Origin: Eledone cirrhosa
Taxonomy: Eukaryota
Assembly: GCA_964016885.1 (NCBI GenBank)
Contig: OZ024745.1
Coordinates: 6,696,001-6,760,000 of the forward strand
DNA length: 64,000 nucleotides
Reading direction: 5' to 3'
Positions 1 through 18,000 of the stretch are shown in pieces (the first letter of the stretch is position 1; each line of letters starts with the position of its first letter). Under the pieces are notes generated by a model that made no database searches, was not told where the DNA came from, and saw nothing but the letters and a program-made list of their open reading frames with translations. Both the position numbers and the translations under genes were made by a program.

Positions 1-3000
1 ACATTCATTTGGTCTCTATTGGTGACATGACACATTCATTTGGTCTCTATTGGTGACATGACACATTCATTTGGTCTCTATTAGTGACATGACACATTCA
101 CTTTGTCTCTATTGGTGACATGACACATTCACTTTGTCTCTATTGGTGACATGACACATTCACTTGTTCTCTATTGGTGACATGACACATTCACTTTGTC
201 TCTATTGGTGACATGACACATTCACTTTGTCTCTATTGGTGGCATGACACATTCATTTGGTCTCTATTGGTGACATGACACATTCATTTGTCTCTATTGG
301 TGACATGACACATTTATTTGGACTCTATTGGTGACATGACACATTCACTTTGTCTCTAATGGTGACATGACACATTCACTTTGTCTCTATTGGTGACATG
401 ACACATTCACTTTGTCTCTATTGGTGACATGACACATTCATTTTGTGTCTATTAGTGACATGACACATTCATTTGGTCTCTATTGGTGACATGACACATT
501 CATTTGGTCTCTATTGGTGACATGACACATTCATTTGGTCTCTATTAGTGACATGACACATTCACTTTGTCTCTATTGGTGACATGACACATTCACTTTG
601 TCTCTATTGGTGACATGACACATTCACTTGGTCTCTATTGGTGACATGACACATTCACTTTGTCTCTATTGGTGACATGACACATTCATTTGGTCTCTAT
701 TGGTGACATGACACATTCATTTGTTGTCTATTGGTGACATGTCACATTCATTTGGTCTCTATTGGTGACATGACACATTCACTTTGTCTCTATTGGGGAC
801 ATGACACATTCACTTTGTCTCTATTGGTGACATGACACATTCATTTTGTGTCTTTTGGTGACATGACACATTCATTTTGTGTCGATTGGTGACATGACAC
901 ATTCATTTGGTCTCTATTGGTGACATGACACATTCATTTGGTCTCTATTGGTGACATGACACATTCACTTTGTCTCTATTGGTGACGTGACACATTCACT
1001 TTGTCTCTATTGTTGACATGACACATTTACTCTGTCTCTATTGGTGACATGACACATTCATCTTGTCTCTATTGGTGACATGACACATTCATTTTGTCTC
1101 TATTGGTGACATGACACATTCACTTTGTCTCTATTGGTGACATGACACATTCACTTTGTCTCTATTGGTGACATGACACATTCATTTGGTCTCTATTGGT
1201 GACATGACACATTCATTTGGTCTCTATTGGTGACATGACACATTCACTCTGTCTCTATTGGACACATGACACATTCACATTGTCTCTATTGGTGACATGA
1301 CACATTCACATTGTCTCTATTGGTGACATGACACATTCATTTTGTGTCTATTGGTGACATGACACATTCATTTGGTCTCTATTGGATTACATGACACATT
1401 CACTTTGTCTCTATTGGTGACATGACACATTCATTTGGTCTCTATTGGTGACATGACACATTCATTTGGTCTCTATTGGTGACATTACACCTTCATTTGC
1501 TCTCTATTGGTGACATGACACATTCATTTGGTCTCTATTGATGACGTGACACATTCATTTGGTCTCTATTGGTGACATGACACGTTCATTTGGTCTATAT
1601 TGGTGACATGACACATTCATTTGGTCTCTATTGGAGACATGACACATTCATTTTGTCTCTATTGGTGACATGACACATTCACTTTGTCTCTATTCGTGAC
1701 ATGACACATTCACTTTGTCTCTATTGGTGACATGACACATTCATTTTGTGTCTATTAGTGACATGACACATTCATTTGGTCTCTATTGGTGACATGACAC
1801 ATTCATTTGGTCTCTATTGGTGACATGACACATTCATTTGGTCTCTATTAGTGACATGACACATTCACTTTGTCTCTATTGGTGACATGACACATTCACT
1901 TTGTCTCTATTGGTGACATGACACATTCACTTGGTCTCTATTGGTGACATGACACATTCACTTTGTCTCTATTGGTGACATGACACATTCACTTTGTCTC
2001 TATTGGTGGCATGACACATTCATTTGGTCTCTATTGGTGACATGACACATTCATTTGTCTCTATTGGTGACATGACACATTTATTTGGACTCTATTGGTG
2101 ACATGACACATTCACTTTGTCTCTAATGGTGACATGACACATTCACTTTGTCTCTATTGGTGACATGACACATTCACTTTGTCTCTATTGGTGACATGAC
2201 ACATTCATTTTGTGTCTATTATTGACATGACACATTCATTTGGTCTCTATTGGTGACATGACACATTCATTTGGTCTCTATTGGTGACATGACACATTCA
2301 TTTGGTCTCTATTAGTGACATGACACATTCACTTTGTCTCTATTGGTGACATGACACATTCACTTTGTCTCTATTGGTGACATGACACATTCACTTGGTC
2401 TCTATTGGTGACATGACACATTCACTTTGTCTCTATTGGTGACATGACACATTCATTTGGTCTCTATTGGTGACATGACACATTCATTTGTTGTCTATTG
2501 GTGACATGTCACATTCATTTGGTCTCTATTGGTGACATGACACATTCACTTTGTCTCTATTGGGGACATGACACATTCACTTTGTCTCTATTGGTGACAT
2601 GACACATTCATTTTGTGTCTTTTGGTGACATGACACATTCATTTTGTGTCGATTGGTGACATGACACATTCATTTGGTCTCTATTGGTGACATGACACAT
2701 TCATTTGGTCTCTATTGGTGACATGACACATTCACTTTGTCTCTATTGGTGACGTGACACATTCACTTTGTCTCTATTGTTGACATGACACATTTACTCT
2801 GTCTCTATTGGTGACATGACACATTCATCTTGTCTCTATTGGTGACATGACACATTCATTTTGTCTCTATTGGTGACATGACACATTCACTTTGTCTCTA
2901 TTGGTGACATGACACATTCACTTTGTCTCTATTGGTGACATGACACATTCATTTGGTCTCTATTGGTGACATGACACATTCATTTGGTCTCTATTGGTGA

Positions 3001-6000
3001 CATGACACATTCACTCTGTCTCTATTGGACACATGACACATTCACATTGTCTCTATTGGTGACATGACACATTCATTTGGTCTCTATTGGTGACATGACA
3101 CATTCATCTGGTCTCTATTGGTGACATGACACATTCATTTGTTCTCTATTGGTGACATAACACATTCACTTTGTCTCTATTGGTGACATGACACATTCAT
3201 TTTATCTCAATTGGTTGCATGACACATTCACTTTGTCTCTATTGGTGACATGACACATTCATTTTGTCTCTATTGGTGACATGACACATTCACTTTGTCT
3301 CTATTGGTAACATGACACATTCACTTTGTCTCTATTGGTGACGTGACACATTCATTTGGTCTCTATTGGTGACATGACACATTCATTTGGTCTCTATTGG
3401 TGACATGACACATTCACTTTGTCCCTACTGGTGACATGACACATTCAATTGTTCTCTATTGCTGACATGACACATTAACTTTGTCTCTATTGCTGAAAAG
3501 ACACATTCACTTTGTCTCTATTGGTGACAAGACACATTCATTTTGTCTCTATTGGTGACATGACACATTCATTTTGTCTTTATTGGTGACATGACACATT
3601 GATTTTGTCTCTATTGGTGACATGACACTTTCACTTTGTCTCTATTGCTGACATGACACATTCACTTTGTCTCTATTGGTGACATGACACATTCACTTGG
3701 TCTCTATTGGTGACATGACACATTCACTTTGTCTCTATTGGTGACATGACACATTCACTTTGTCTCTATTGGTGGCATGACACATTCATTTGGTCTCTAT
3801 TGGTGACATGACACATTCATTTGTCTCTATTGGTGACATGACACATTTATTTGGACTCTATTGGTGACATGACACATTCACTTTGTCTCTAATGGTGACA
3901 TGACACATTCACTTTGTCTCTATTGGTGACATGACACATTCACTTTGTCTCTATTGGTGACATGACACATTCATTTTGTGTCTATTATTGACATGACACA
4001 TTCATTTGGTCTCTATTGGTGACATGACACATTCATTTGGTCTCTATTGGTGACATGACACATTCATTTGGTCTCTATTAGTGACATGACACATTCACTT
4101 TGTCTCTATTGGTGACATGACACATTCACTTTGTCTCTATTGGTGACATGACACATTCACTTGGTCTCTATTGGTGACATGACACATTCACTTTGTCTCT
4201 ATTGGTGACATGACACATTCATTTGGTCTCTATTGGTGACATGACACATTCATTTGTTGTCTATTGGTGACATGTCACATTCATTTGGTCTCTATTGGTG
4301 ACATGACACATTCACTTTGTCTCTATTGGGGACATGACACATTCACTTTGTCTCTATTGGTGACATGACACATTCATTTTGTGTCTTTTGGTGACATGAC
4401 ACATTCATTTTGTGTCGATTGGTGACATGACACATTCATTTGGTCTCTATTGGTGACATGACACATTCATTTGGTCTCTATTGGTGACATGACACATTCA
4501 CTTTGTCTCTATTGGTGACGTGACACATTCACTTTGTCTCTATTGTTGACATGACACATTTACTCTGTCTCTATTGGTGACATGACACATTCATCTTGTC
4601 TCTATTGGTGACATGACACATTCATTTTGTCTCTATTGGTGACATGACACATTCACTTTGTCTCTATTGGTGACATGACACATTCACTTTGTCTCTATTG
4701 GTGACATGACACATTCATTTGGTCTCTATTGGTGACATGACACATTCATTTGGTCTCTATTGGTGACATGACACATTCACTCTGTCTCTATTGGACACAT
4801 GACACATTCACATTGTCTCTATTGGTGACATGACACATTCATTTGGTCTCTATTGGTGACATGACACATTCATCTGGTCTCTATTGGTGACATGACACAT
4901 TCATTTGTTCTCTATTGGTGACATAACACATTCACTTTGTCTCTATTGGTGACATGACACATTCATTTTATCTCAATTGGTTGCATGACACATTCACTTT
5001 GTCTCTATTGGTGACATGACACATTCATTTTGTCTCTATTGGTGACATGACACATTCACTTTGTCTCTATTGGTAACATGACACATTCACTTTGTCTCTA
5101 TTGGTGACGTGACACATTCATTTGGTCTCTATTGGTGACATGACACATTCATTTGGTCTCTATTGGTGACATGACACATTCACTTTGTCCCTACTGGTGA
5201 CATGACACATTCAATTGTTCTCTATTGCTGACATGACACATTAACTTTGTCTCTATTGCTGAAAAGACACATTCACTTTGTCTCTATTGGTGACAAGACA
5301 CATTCATTTTGTCTCTATTGGTGACATGACACATTCATTTTGTCTTTATTGGTGACATGACACATTGATTTTGTCTCTATTGGTGACATGACACTTTCAC
5401 TTTGTCTCTATTGCTGACATGACACTTTCACTTTGTCTCTATTGGTGACATGACACATTCACTTGGACTCTATTGGTGACATGACACATTCACTTTGTCT
5501 CTATTGGTGACATGACACAGTTACTTTGTCTCTATTGGTAACATGACACATTCACTTTGTCTCTATTGGTAACATGACACATTCACTTTGTCTCTATTGG
5601 TGACATGACACATTCACTTTGTCTCTATTGGTGACATGACACGTTCATTTTGTCTCTATTGGTGACATGACACATTCACTTGGTCTCTATCGGTGACATG
5701 ACACATTCATCTGGTCTCTATTGGTGACATCACACATTCACTTTGTCTCTATTGCTGACATCACACATTCACTCTGTCTCTATTGGTGACATGACACATT
5801 TACTTTGTCTCTAATGGTGACATGACACATTCATTTTGTCTCTATTGGTGACATGACACATTCACTTTGTCTCTATTGGTGACATGACACATTCACTTTG
5901 TCTCTATTGGTGACATGCACGTTCATTTGTCTCTATTGGTGACATGACACATTCACTTTGTCTCTATTGGTGACATGACACACTCACTTTGTCTCTATAT

Positions 6001-9000
6001 GTGACATGACACATTCACTTTGTCTCTATTGGTGACATGACACATTCATTTGGTCTCTATTGGTGACATGCCACATTCATTTGGTCTCTATTGGTGATAT
6101 GACACATTCACTTTGTCTCTATTGGTGACGTGACACATTCACTTTGTCTCTATTGGTGACATGACACATTCACTCTGTCTCTATTGGTGACATGACACAT
6201 TCATTTTGTCTCTATTGGTGGCATGACACATTCACTTTGTCTCTATTGGTGACATGACACATTCACTTTGTCTCTATTGGTGACATGACACATTCACTTT
6301 CTCTCTATTAGTAACATGACACATTCACTTTGTCTCTATTGGTGACATGACACATTCACTTTGTCTCTATTGGTGACATGACACATTCACCTTCTCTCTA
6401 TTGGTAACATGACACAATCACTTTGTCTCTATTGGTGACATTACACATTCATTTGGTCTCTATTGGTGACATGACACATTCATTTGGTCTCTATTGGTGA
6501 CATGACACATTCATTTGGTCTTTATTGGTGACATGACACCTTCATTTGGTCTCTATTGGTGACATGACACCTTCATTTGGTCTCTATTGGTGACATGACA
6601 CATTCATTTGGTCTCTATTGGTGACATTACACATTCATTTGGTCTCTATTGGTGACATGACACATTCATTTGGTCTCTATTGGTGACATGACACATTCAT
6701 TTGGTCTTTATTGGTGACATGACACCTTCATTTGGTCTCTATTGGTGACATGACACCTTCATTTGGTCTCTATTGGTGACGTGACACATTCCTTTGGTCT
6801 CTATTGGTGACGTGACACATTCATTTTTTGTCTATTAGTGACATCACACATTCATTTGGTCTCTATTGGTGACATGACACATTCATTTGGTCTCTATTGG
6901 TGACATGACACATTCATTTGGTCTCTATTAGTGACATGACACATTCACTTTGTCTCTATTGGTGACATGACGCATTCACTTTGTCTCTATTGGTGACATG
7001 ACACATTCACTTGGTCTCTATTGGTGACATGACACATTCACTTTGTCTCTATTGGTGACATGACACATTCACTTTGTCTCTATTGGTGGCATGACACATT
7101 CATTTGGTCTCTATTTGTGACATGACACATTCATTTGTCTCTATTGGTGACATGGCACATTCATTTGGTCTCTATTGGTGACATGACACATTCACTCTGT
7201 CTCTATTGGTGACATGACACATTCATTTGTCTCTATTGGTGACATGACACATTCATTTGGTCTCTATTGGTGACATGACACATTCATTTTGTCTCTATTG
7301 GTGACATGACACATTCATTTTGTCTCTATTGGTGGCATGACACATTCACTTTGTCTCTATTGGTGACATGACACATTCACTTTGTCTCTATTAGTGACAT
7401 GACACATTCATTTGGTCTCTATTGGTGACATGACACATTCACTTTGTCTCTATTGGTGACATGACACATTCACTTGGTCTCTATTGGTGACATGACACCT
7501 TCATTTGGTCTCTATTGGTGACATGACACCTTCATTTGGTCTCTATTGGTGACGTGACACATTCCTTTGGTCTCTATTGGTGACGTGACACATTCATTTT
7601 TTGTCTATTAGTGACATCACACATTCATTTGGTCTCTATTGGTGACATGACACATTCATTTGGTCTCTATTGGTGACATGACACATTCATTTGGTCTCTA
7701 TTAGTGACATGACACATTCACTTTGTCTCTATTGGTGACATGACGCATTCACTTTGTCTCTATTGGTGACATGACCCATTCACTTGGTCTCTATTGGTGA
7801 CATGACACATTCACTTTGTCTCTATTGGTGACATGACACATTCACTTTGTCTCTATTGGTGGCATGACACATTCATTTGGTCTCTATTTGTGACATAACA
7901 CATTCATTTGTCTCTATTGGTGACATGACACATTCATTTGGTCTCTATTGGTGACATGACACATTCACTCTGTCTCTATTGGTGACATGACACATTCATT
8001 TGTCTCTATTGGTGACATGACACATTCATTTGGTCTCTATTGGTGACATGACACATTCATTTTGTCTCTATTGGTGACATGACACATTCATTTTGTCTCT
8101 ATTGGTGGCATGACACATTCACTTTGTCTCTATTGGTGACATGACACATTCACTTTGTCTCTATTAGTGACATGACACATTCATTTGGTCTCTATTGGTG
8201 ACATGACACGTTCACTTTGTCTCTATTGGTGACATGACACATTCACTTGGTCTCTATTGGTGACATGACACCTTCATTTGGTCTCTATTGGTGACATGAC
8301 ACCTTCATTTGGTCTCTATTTGTGACGTGACACATTCATTTGGTCTCTATTGGTGACATGACACATTCACATTGTCTCTATTGGTGACATGACACATTCA
8401 CTTTGTCTCTATTGGTAACATGACACATTCACTTTGTCTCTATTGGTGACATGACACATTCATCTGGTCTCTATTGTTGACATGACACATTCATTTGTTC
8501 TCTATTGGTGACATGACACATTCACTTTGTCTCTATTGGTGACATGACACATTCATTTTATCTCTATTGGTTGCATGACACATTCATTTTGTCTCTATTG
8601 GTGGCATGACACATTCACTTTGTCTCTATTGGTGACATGACACATTCATTTTGTCTCTATTGGTGACATGACAGATTCACTTTTTCTCTACTGGTGACAT
8701 GACACATTCACTTTGTCTCTATTGGTAACATGACACATTCACTTTGTCTCTATTGGTGACGTGACACATTCATTTGGTCTCTATTCGTGACATGACACAT
8801 TCATTTGGGCTCTATTGGTGACATGACACATTCACTTTGTCTCTATTGGTGACATGACACATTCACTTGTTCTCTATTGCTGACATGACACATTAACTTT
8901 GTCTCTATTGCTGACATGACACATTCACTTTGTCTCTATTGGTGACAAGACACATTCATTTTGTCTCTATTGGTGACATGACACATTCATTTTGTCTTTA

Positions 9001-12000
9001 TTGGTGACATGACACATTGATTTTGTCTCTATTGGTGACATGACACTTTCACTTTGTCTCTATTGCTGACATGACACATTCACTTTGTCTCTATTGGTGA
9101 CATGACACATTCACTTGGACTCTATTGGTGACATGACACATTCACTTTGTCTCTATTGGTGACATGACACAGTTACTTTGTCTCTATTGGTAACATGACA
9201 CATTCACTTTGTCTCTATTGGTAACATGACACATTCACTTTGTCTCTATTGGTGACATGACACATTCACTTTGTCTCTATTGGTGACATGACACGTTCAT
9301 GTTGTCTCTATTGGTAACATGACACATTCACTTTGTCTCTATTGGTGACATGACACATTCACTCTGTCTCTATTGGTGACATGACACATTTACTTTGTCT
9401 CTAATGGTGACATGACACATTCATTTTGTCTCTATTGGTGACATGACACATTCACTTTGTCTCTATTGGTGACATGACACATTCACTTTGTCTCTATTGG
9501 TGACATGCACGTTCATTTGTCTCTATTGGTGACATGACACATTCACTTTGTCTCTATTGGTGACATGACACACTCACTTTGTCTCTATATGTGACATGAC
9601 ACATTCACTTTGTCTCTATTGGTGACATGACACATTCATTTGGTCTCTATTGGTGACATGCCACATTCATTTGGTCTCTATTGGTGATATGACACATTCA
9701 CTTTGTCTCTATTGGTGACGTGACACATTCACTTTGTCTCTATTGGTGACATGACACATTCATTTTGTCTCTATTGGTGGCATGACACATTCACTTTGTC
9801 TCTATTGGTGACATGACACATTCACTTTGTCTCTATTGGTGGCATGACACATTCACTTTGTCTCTATTGGTGACATGACACATTCACTTTGTCTCTATTG
9901 GTGGCATGACACATTCACTTTGTCTCTATTGGTGACATGACACATTCATTTTGTCTCTATTGGTGGCATGACACATTCACTTTCTCTCTATTGGTAACAT
10001 GACACATTCACTTTGTCTCTATTGGTGACATGACACATTCACTTTGTCTCTATTGGTGACATGACACATTCACTTTCTCTCTATTGGTAACATGACACAT
10101 TCACTTTGTCTCTATTGGTGACATGACACATTCATTTGGTCTCTATTGGTGACATGACACATTCATTTGGTCTCTATTGGTGACATGACACATTCATTTG
10201 GTCTCTATTGGTGACATGACACATTCATTTGCTCTTTATTGGTGACATGACACCTTCATTTGGTCTCTATTGGTGACATGACACCTTCATTTGGTCTCTA
10301 TTGGTGACGTGACACATTTCTTTGGTCTCTATTGGTGACGTGACACATTCATTTTTTGTCTATTAGTGACATGACACATTCATTTGGTCTCTATTGGTGA
10401 CATGACACATTCATTTGGTCTCTATTGGTGACATGACACATTCATTTGGTCTCTATTAGTGACATGACACATTCACTTTGTCTCTATTGGTGACATGACG
10501 CATTCACTTTGTCTCTATTGGTGACATGACACATTCACTTGGTCTCTATTGGTGACATGACACATTCACTTTGTCTCTATTGGTGACATGACACATTCAC
10601 TTTGTCTCTATTGGTGGCATGACACATTCATTTGGTCTCTATTTGTGACATGACACATTCATTTGTCTCTATTGGTGACATGACACATTCATTTGGTCTC
10701 TATTGGTGACATGACACATTCACTCTGTCTCTATTGGTGACATGACACATTCATTTGTCTCTATTGGTGACATGACACATTCATTTGGTCTCTATTGGTG
10801 TCATGACACATTTATTTTGTCTCTATTGGTGACATGACACATTCATTTTGTCTCTATTGGTGGCATGACACATTCACTTTGTCTCTATTGGTGACATGAC
10901 ACATTCATTTGGTCTCTATTGGTGACATGACACATTCACTTTGTCTCTATTGGTGACATGACACATTCACTTCGTCTCTATTGGTGACATGACACATTCA
11001 CTTTGTCTCTATTGGTGACATGACACATTCACTTTGTCTCTATTGGTGACATGACACATTCATTAGGTCTCTATTGGTGACATGACACATTCATTTGGTC
11101 TCTATTGGTGACATGATACATTCATTTGGTCTTTATTGGTAACATGACACCTTCATTTGGTCTCTATTGGTGACATGACACCTTCATTTGGTCTCTATTG
11201 GTGACGTGACACATTCATTTGGTCTCTATTGGTGACGTGACACATTCCTTTGGTCTCTATTGGTGACGTGACACATTCATTTTGTCTCTATTGGTGACAT
11301 GACACATTCATTTTGTCTCTATTGGTGACATGACACATTCACTTTGTCTCTATTGGTGACATGACACATTCACTTTGTCTGTATTGGTAACATGACACAT
11401 TCACTTTGTCTCTATTGGTAACATGACACATTCACTTTGTCTCTATTGGTAACATGACACATTCACTTTGTCTCTATTGGTGACATGACACATTCACTTT
11501 GTCTCTATTGGTGACATGACACATTCATCTGGTCTCTATTGGTGACATGACACATTCATTTGTTCTCTATTGGTGACATGACACATTCACTTTGTCTCTA
11601 TTGGTGACATGACACATTCATTTTATCTCTATTGGTTGCATGACTCATTCATTTTGTCTCTATTGGTGGCATGACACATTCACTTTGTCTCTATTGGTGA
11701 CATGACACATTCATTTTGTCTCTATTGGTGACATGACACATTCACTTTGTCTCTATTGGTGACATGACAGATTCACTTTTTCTCTATTGGTGACATGACA
11801 CATTCACTTTGTCTCTATTGGTAACATGACACATTCACTTTCTCTCTATTGGTGACATGACACATTCATTTTGTCTCTATTGGTGCCATGACACGTTCAC
11901 TTTGTCTCTATTGGTGACGTGACACATTCATTTGGTCTCTATTGGTGACATGACACATTCATTTGGTCTCTATTGGTGACATGACACATTCACTTTGTCT

Positions 12001-15000
12001 CTATTGGTGACAAGACACATTCATTTTGTCTCTATTGGTGACATGACACATTCATTTTGTCTTTATTGGTGACATGACACATTCACTTTGTCTCTATTGG
12101 TGACATGACACATTCACTTTGTCTCTATTGGTGACATGACACGTTCATTTTGTCTCTATTGGTGACATAACACATTCACTTTGTCTCTATTGGTGACATG
12201 ACACATTCACTTTGTCTCTATTGGTGACATGACACGTTCATTTGTCTCTATTGGTGACATGACACATTCACTTTGTCTCTATTGGTGACATGACACATTC
12301 ACTTTGTCTCTATATGTGACATGACACATTCACTTTGTTTCTATTGGTGACATGACACATTCACTTTGTCTCTATTGGTAACATGACACATTCATTTTGT
12401 CTCTATTGCTGACATGACACATTCACTTTGTCTCTATTGGTGACATGACACATTCATTTTGTCTCTATTGGTGACATGACACATTCACTTTGTCTCTATT
12501 GGTGACGTGACACATTCACTTTGTCTCTATTGCTGACATGACACATTCACTTTGTCTCTATTGCTGACATGACACATTCGCTTTGTCTCTATTGGTGACA
12601 TGACACGTTCATTTGGTCTCTATTGGTGACATGACACATTCATTTGGTCTCTAATGGTGACATGACACATTCATTTTGTCTCTATTGGTGACATAACACA
12701 TTCACTTTGTCTCTATTGCTGACATGACACTTTCACTTTGTCTCTATTGGTGACATGACACATTCACTTGGACTCTATTGGTGGCATGACACAGTCACTT
12801 TGTCTCTATTGGTAACATGACACATTCGTTTTGTCTCTATTGGTGACATGACACATTCACTTTGTCTCTATTGGTGACATGACACGCTCATTTTGTCTCT
12901 ATTGGTGACATGACACATTCACTTGGTCTCTATCGGTGACATGACACATTCACTTTGTCTCTATTGGTGCCATGACACATTCATTTTGTCTCTATTGGTG
13001 ACATGACACATTCACTTTGTCTCTATTGGTGACATGACACATTCACTTTGTCTCTATTGGTGACATGACACGTTCATTTTGTCTCTATTGGTGACATGAC
13101 ACATTCACTTTGTCTCTATTGGTGACATGACACATTCACTTTGTCTCTATTGGTGACAGGACACGTTCATTTGTCTCTATTGGTGACATGACACATTCAC
13201 TTTGTCTCTATTGGTGACATGACACACTCACTTTGTCTCTATATGTGACATGACACATTCACTTTGTCTCTATTGGTGACATGACACATTCATTTGGTCT
13301 CTATTGGTGACATGCCACATTCATTTGGTCTCTATTGGTAACATGCCACATTCATTTGGTCTCTATTGGTGACAAGCCACGTTCACTTTGTCTCTATTGG
13401 TGACATGCCACATTCACTTTGTCTCTATTGGTGACATAACACATTCACTTTGTCTCTATTGGTGACATGACACATTCACTCTGTCTCTATTAGTGACATG
13501 ACACATTCACATTGTCTCTATTGGTGACATGACACATTCACTTTGTCTCTATTGGTGACATGACACATTCACTTTGTCTCTATTGGTGACATGACACATT
13601 CACTTTGTCTCTATTAGTGACATGACACATTCACTTTGTCTCTATTGGTGACATGACACATTCACTTGGACTCTATTGGTGACATGACACAGTCACTTTG
13701 TCTCTATTGGTTACATGACACAGTTACTTTGTCTCTATTGGTAACATGACACATTCACTTTGTCTCTATTGGTAACATGACACATTCACTTTGTCTCTAT
13801 TGGTGACATGACACATTCACTTTGTCTCTATTGGTGACATGACACGTTCATTTTGTCTCTATTGGTGACATGACACATTCACTTGGTCTCTATCGGTGAC
13901 ATGACACATTCACTTTGTCTCTATTGGTGACATGACACATTCATTTTGTCTCTATTGGTGACATGACACGTTCATTTTGTCTCTATTGGTAACATGACAC
14001 ATTCACTTTGTCTCTATTGGTGACATGACACATTCACTTTGTCTCTATTGGTGACATGACACATTCACTTTGTCTCTATTAGTGACATGACACATTCACT
14101 TTCTCTCTATTGGTGACATGACACATTCATTTTGTCTCTATTGGTGCCATGACACGTTCACTTTGTCTCTATTGGTGACGTGACACATTCATTTGGTCTC
14201 TATTGGTGACATGACATTCATTTGGTCTCTATTGGTGACATGACACATTCACTTTGTCTCTATTGGTGACATGACACATTCACTTGGTCTCTATTGCTGA
14301 CATGACACATTCACTTGGTCTCTATTGCTGACATGACACATTCACTTTGTCTCTATTGGTGACAAGACACATTCATTTTGTCTCTATTGGTGACATGACA
14401 CATTCATTTTGTCTTTATTGGTGACATGACACATTCACTTTGTCTCTATTGGTGACATGACACATTCACTTTGTCTCTATTGGTGACATGACACGTTCAT
14501 TTTGTCTCTATTGGTGACATGACACATTCACTTTGTCTCTATTGGTGACATGACACATTCACTTTGTCTCTATTGGTGACATGACACGTTCATTTGTCTC
14601 TATTGGTGACATGACACATTCACTTTGTCTCTATTGGTGACATGACACACTCACTTTGTCTCTATATGTGACATGACACATTCACTTTGTCTCTATTGGT
14701 GACATGACACATTCACTTTGTCTCTATTGGTAACATGACACATTCATTTTGTCTCTATTGCTGACATGACACATTCACTTTGTCTCTATTGGTGACATGA
14801 CACATTCATTTTGTCTCTATTGGTGACATGACACATTCACTTTGTCTCTATTGGTGACGTGACACATTCACTTTGTCTCTATTGCTGACATGACACATTC
14901 ACTTTGTCTCTATTGCTGACATGACACATTCACTTTGTCTCTATTGGTGACATGACACGTTCATTTGGTCTCTATTGGTGACATGACACATTCATTTGGT

Positions 15001-18000
15001 CTCTAATGGTGACATGACACATTCATTTTGTCTCTATTGGTGACATAACACATTCACTTTGTCTCTATTGCTGACATGACACTTTCACTTTGTCTCTATT
15101 GGTGACATGACACATTCACTTGGACTCTATTGGTGGCATGACACAGTCACTTTGTCTCTATTGGTAACATGACACATTCGTTTTGTCTCTATTGGTGACA
15201 TGACACATTCACTTTGTCTCTATTGGTGACATGACACGCTCATTTTGTCTCTATTGGTGACATGACACATTCACTTGGTCCCTATCGGTGACATGACACA
15301 TTCACTTTGTCTCTATTGGTGCCATTACACATTCATTTTGTCTCTATTGGTGACATGACACATTCACTTTGTCTCTATTGGTGACATGACACATTCACTT
15401 TGTCTCTATTGGTGACATGACACGTTCATTTTGTCTCTATTGGTGACATGACACATTCACTTTGTCTCTATTGGTGACATGACACATTCACTTTGTCTCT
15501 ATTGGTGACATGACACGTTCATTTGTCTCTATTGGTGACATGACACATTCACTTTGTCTCTATTGGTGACATGACACACTCACTTTGTCTCTATATGTGA
15601 CATGACACATTCACTTTGTCTCTATTGGTGACATGACACATTCATTTGGTCTCTATTGGTGACATGCCACATTCATTTGGTCTCTATTGGTAACATGCCA
15701 CATTCATTTGGTCTCTATTGGTGACAAGCCACGTTCACTTTGTCTCTATTGGTGACATGCCACATTCACTTTGTCTCTATTGGTGACATAACACATTCAC
15801 TTTGTCTCTATTGGTGACATGACACATTCACTCTGTCTCTATTAGTGACATGACACATTCACATTGTCTCTATTGGTGACATGACACATTCACTTTGTCT
15901 CTATTGGTGACATGACACATTCACTTTGTCTCTATTGGTGACATGACACATTCACTTTGTCTCTATTAGTGACATGACACATTCACTTTGTCTCTATTGG
16001 TGACATGACACATTCACTTGGACTCTATTGGTGACATGACACAGTCACTTTGTCTCTATTGGTTACATGACACAGTTACTTTGTCTCTATTGGTAACATG
16101 ACACATTCACTTTGTCTCTATTGGTAACATGACACATTCACTTTGTCTCTATTGGTGACATGACACATTCACTTTGTCTCTATTGGTGACATGACACGTT
16201 CATTTTGTCTCTATTGGTGACATGACACATTCACTTGGTCTCTATCGGTGACATGACACATTCACTTTGTCTCTATTGGTGACATGACACATTCATTTTG
16301 TCTCTATTGGTGACATGACACGTTCATTTTGTCTCTATTGGTAACATGACACATTCACTTTGTCTCTATTGGTGACATGACACATTCACTTTGTCTCTAT
16401 TGGTGACATGACACATTCACTTTGTCTCTATTAGTGACATGACACATTCACTTTGTCTCTATTGGTGACATGACACATTCATTTGGTCTCTATTGGTGAC
16501 ATGCCACATTCATTTGGTCTCTATTGGTGACATGACACATTCACTTTGTCTCTATTGGTGACGTGACACATTCACTTTGTCTCTATTGGTGACATGACAC
16601 ATTCACTCTGTCTCTATTGGTGACATGACACATTCATTTGGTCTCTATTGGTGACATGCCACATTCATTTGGTCTCTATTGGTGACATGACACATTCACT
16701 TTGTCTCTATTGGTGACATGACACATTCACTTTGTCTCTATTGGTGACATGACACGTTCACTTTGTCTCTATTGGTGACATGACACATTCACTTGGTCTC
16801 TATTGCTGACATGACACATTCACTTGGTCTCTATTGCTGACATGACACATTAACTTGGTCTCTATTGCTGACATGACACATTAACTTTGTCTCTATTGCT
16901 GACATGACACATTCACTTTGTCTCTATTGGTGACATGACACATTCACTTTGTCTCTATTGGTGACATGCCACATTCACTTTGTCTCTATTGGTGACATAA
17001 GACATTCACTTTGTCTCTATTAGTGACATGACACATTCACTTTGTCTCTATTAGTGACATGACACATTCACTTTGTCTCTATTGGTGACATGACACATTC
17101 ACTCTGTCTCTATTAGTGACATGACACATTCACTTTGTCTCTATTAGTGACATGACACATTCACTTTGTCTCTATTGGTGACATGACACATTCACTCTGT
17201 CTCTATTAGTGACATGACACATTCACTTTGTCTCTATTAGTGACATGACACATTCATTTTGTGTCTATTGGTGACATGACACATTCATTTGGTCTCTATT
17301 GGTGACATGACACATTCATTTTGTCTCTATTGGTGCCATGACACGTTCACTTTGTCTCTATTGGTGACATGACACATTCACTTTGTCTCCATTGGTGACA
17401 TGACACATTCACTTTGTCTCTATTAGTGACATGACACATTCACTTTCTCTCTATTGGTGACATGACACATTCATTTTGTCTCTATTGGTGCCTTGACACG
17501 TTCACTTTGTCTCTATTGGTGACGTGACACATTCATTTGGTCTCTATTGGTGACATGACACATTCATTTGGTCTCTATTGGTGACATGACACATTCACTT
17601 TGTCTCTATTGGTGACATGACACATTCACTTGGTCTCTATTGCTGACATGACACATTCACTTGGTCTCTATTACTGACATGACACATTCACTTTGTCTCT
17701 ATTGGTGACAAGACACATTCATTTTGTCTCTATTGGTGACATGACACATTCATTTTGTCTTTATTGGTGACATGACACATTCACTTTGTCTCTATTGGTG
17801 ACATGACACATTCACTTTGTCTCTATTGGTGACATGACACGTTCATTTTGTCTCTATTGGTGACATGACACATTCACTTTGTCTCTATTGGTGACATGAC
17901 ACATTCACTTTGTCTCTATTGGTGACATGACACGTTCATTTGTCTCTATTGGTGACATGACACATTCACTTTGTCTCTATTGGTGACATGACACACTCAC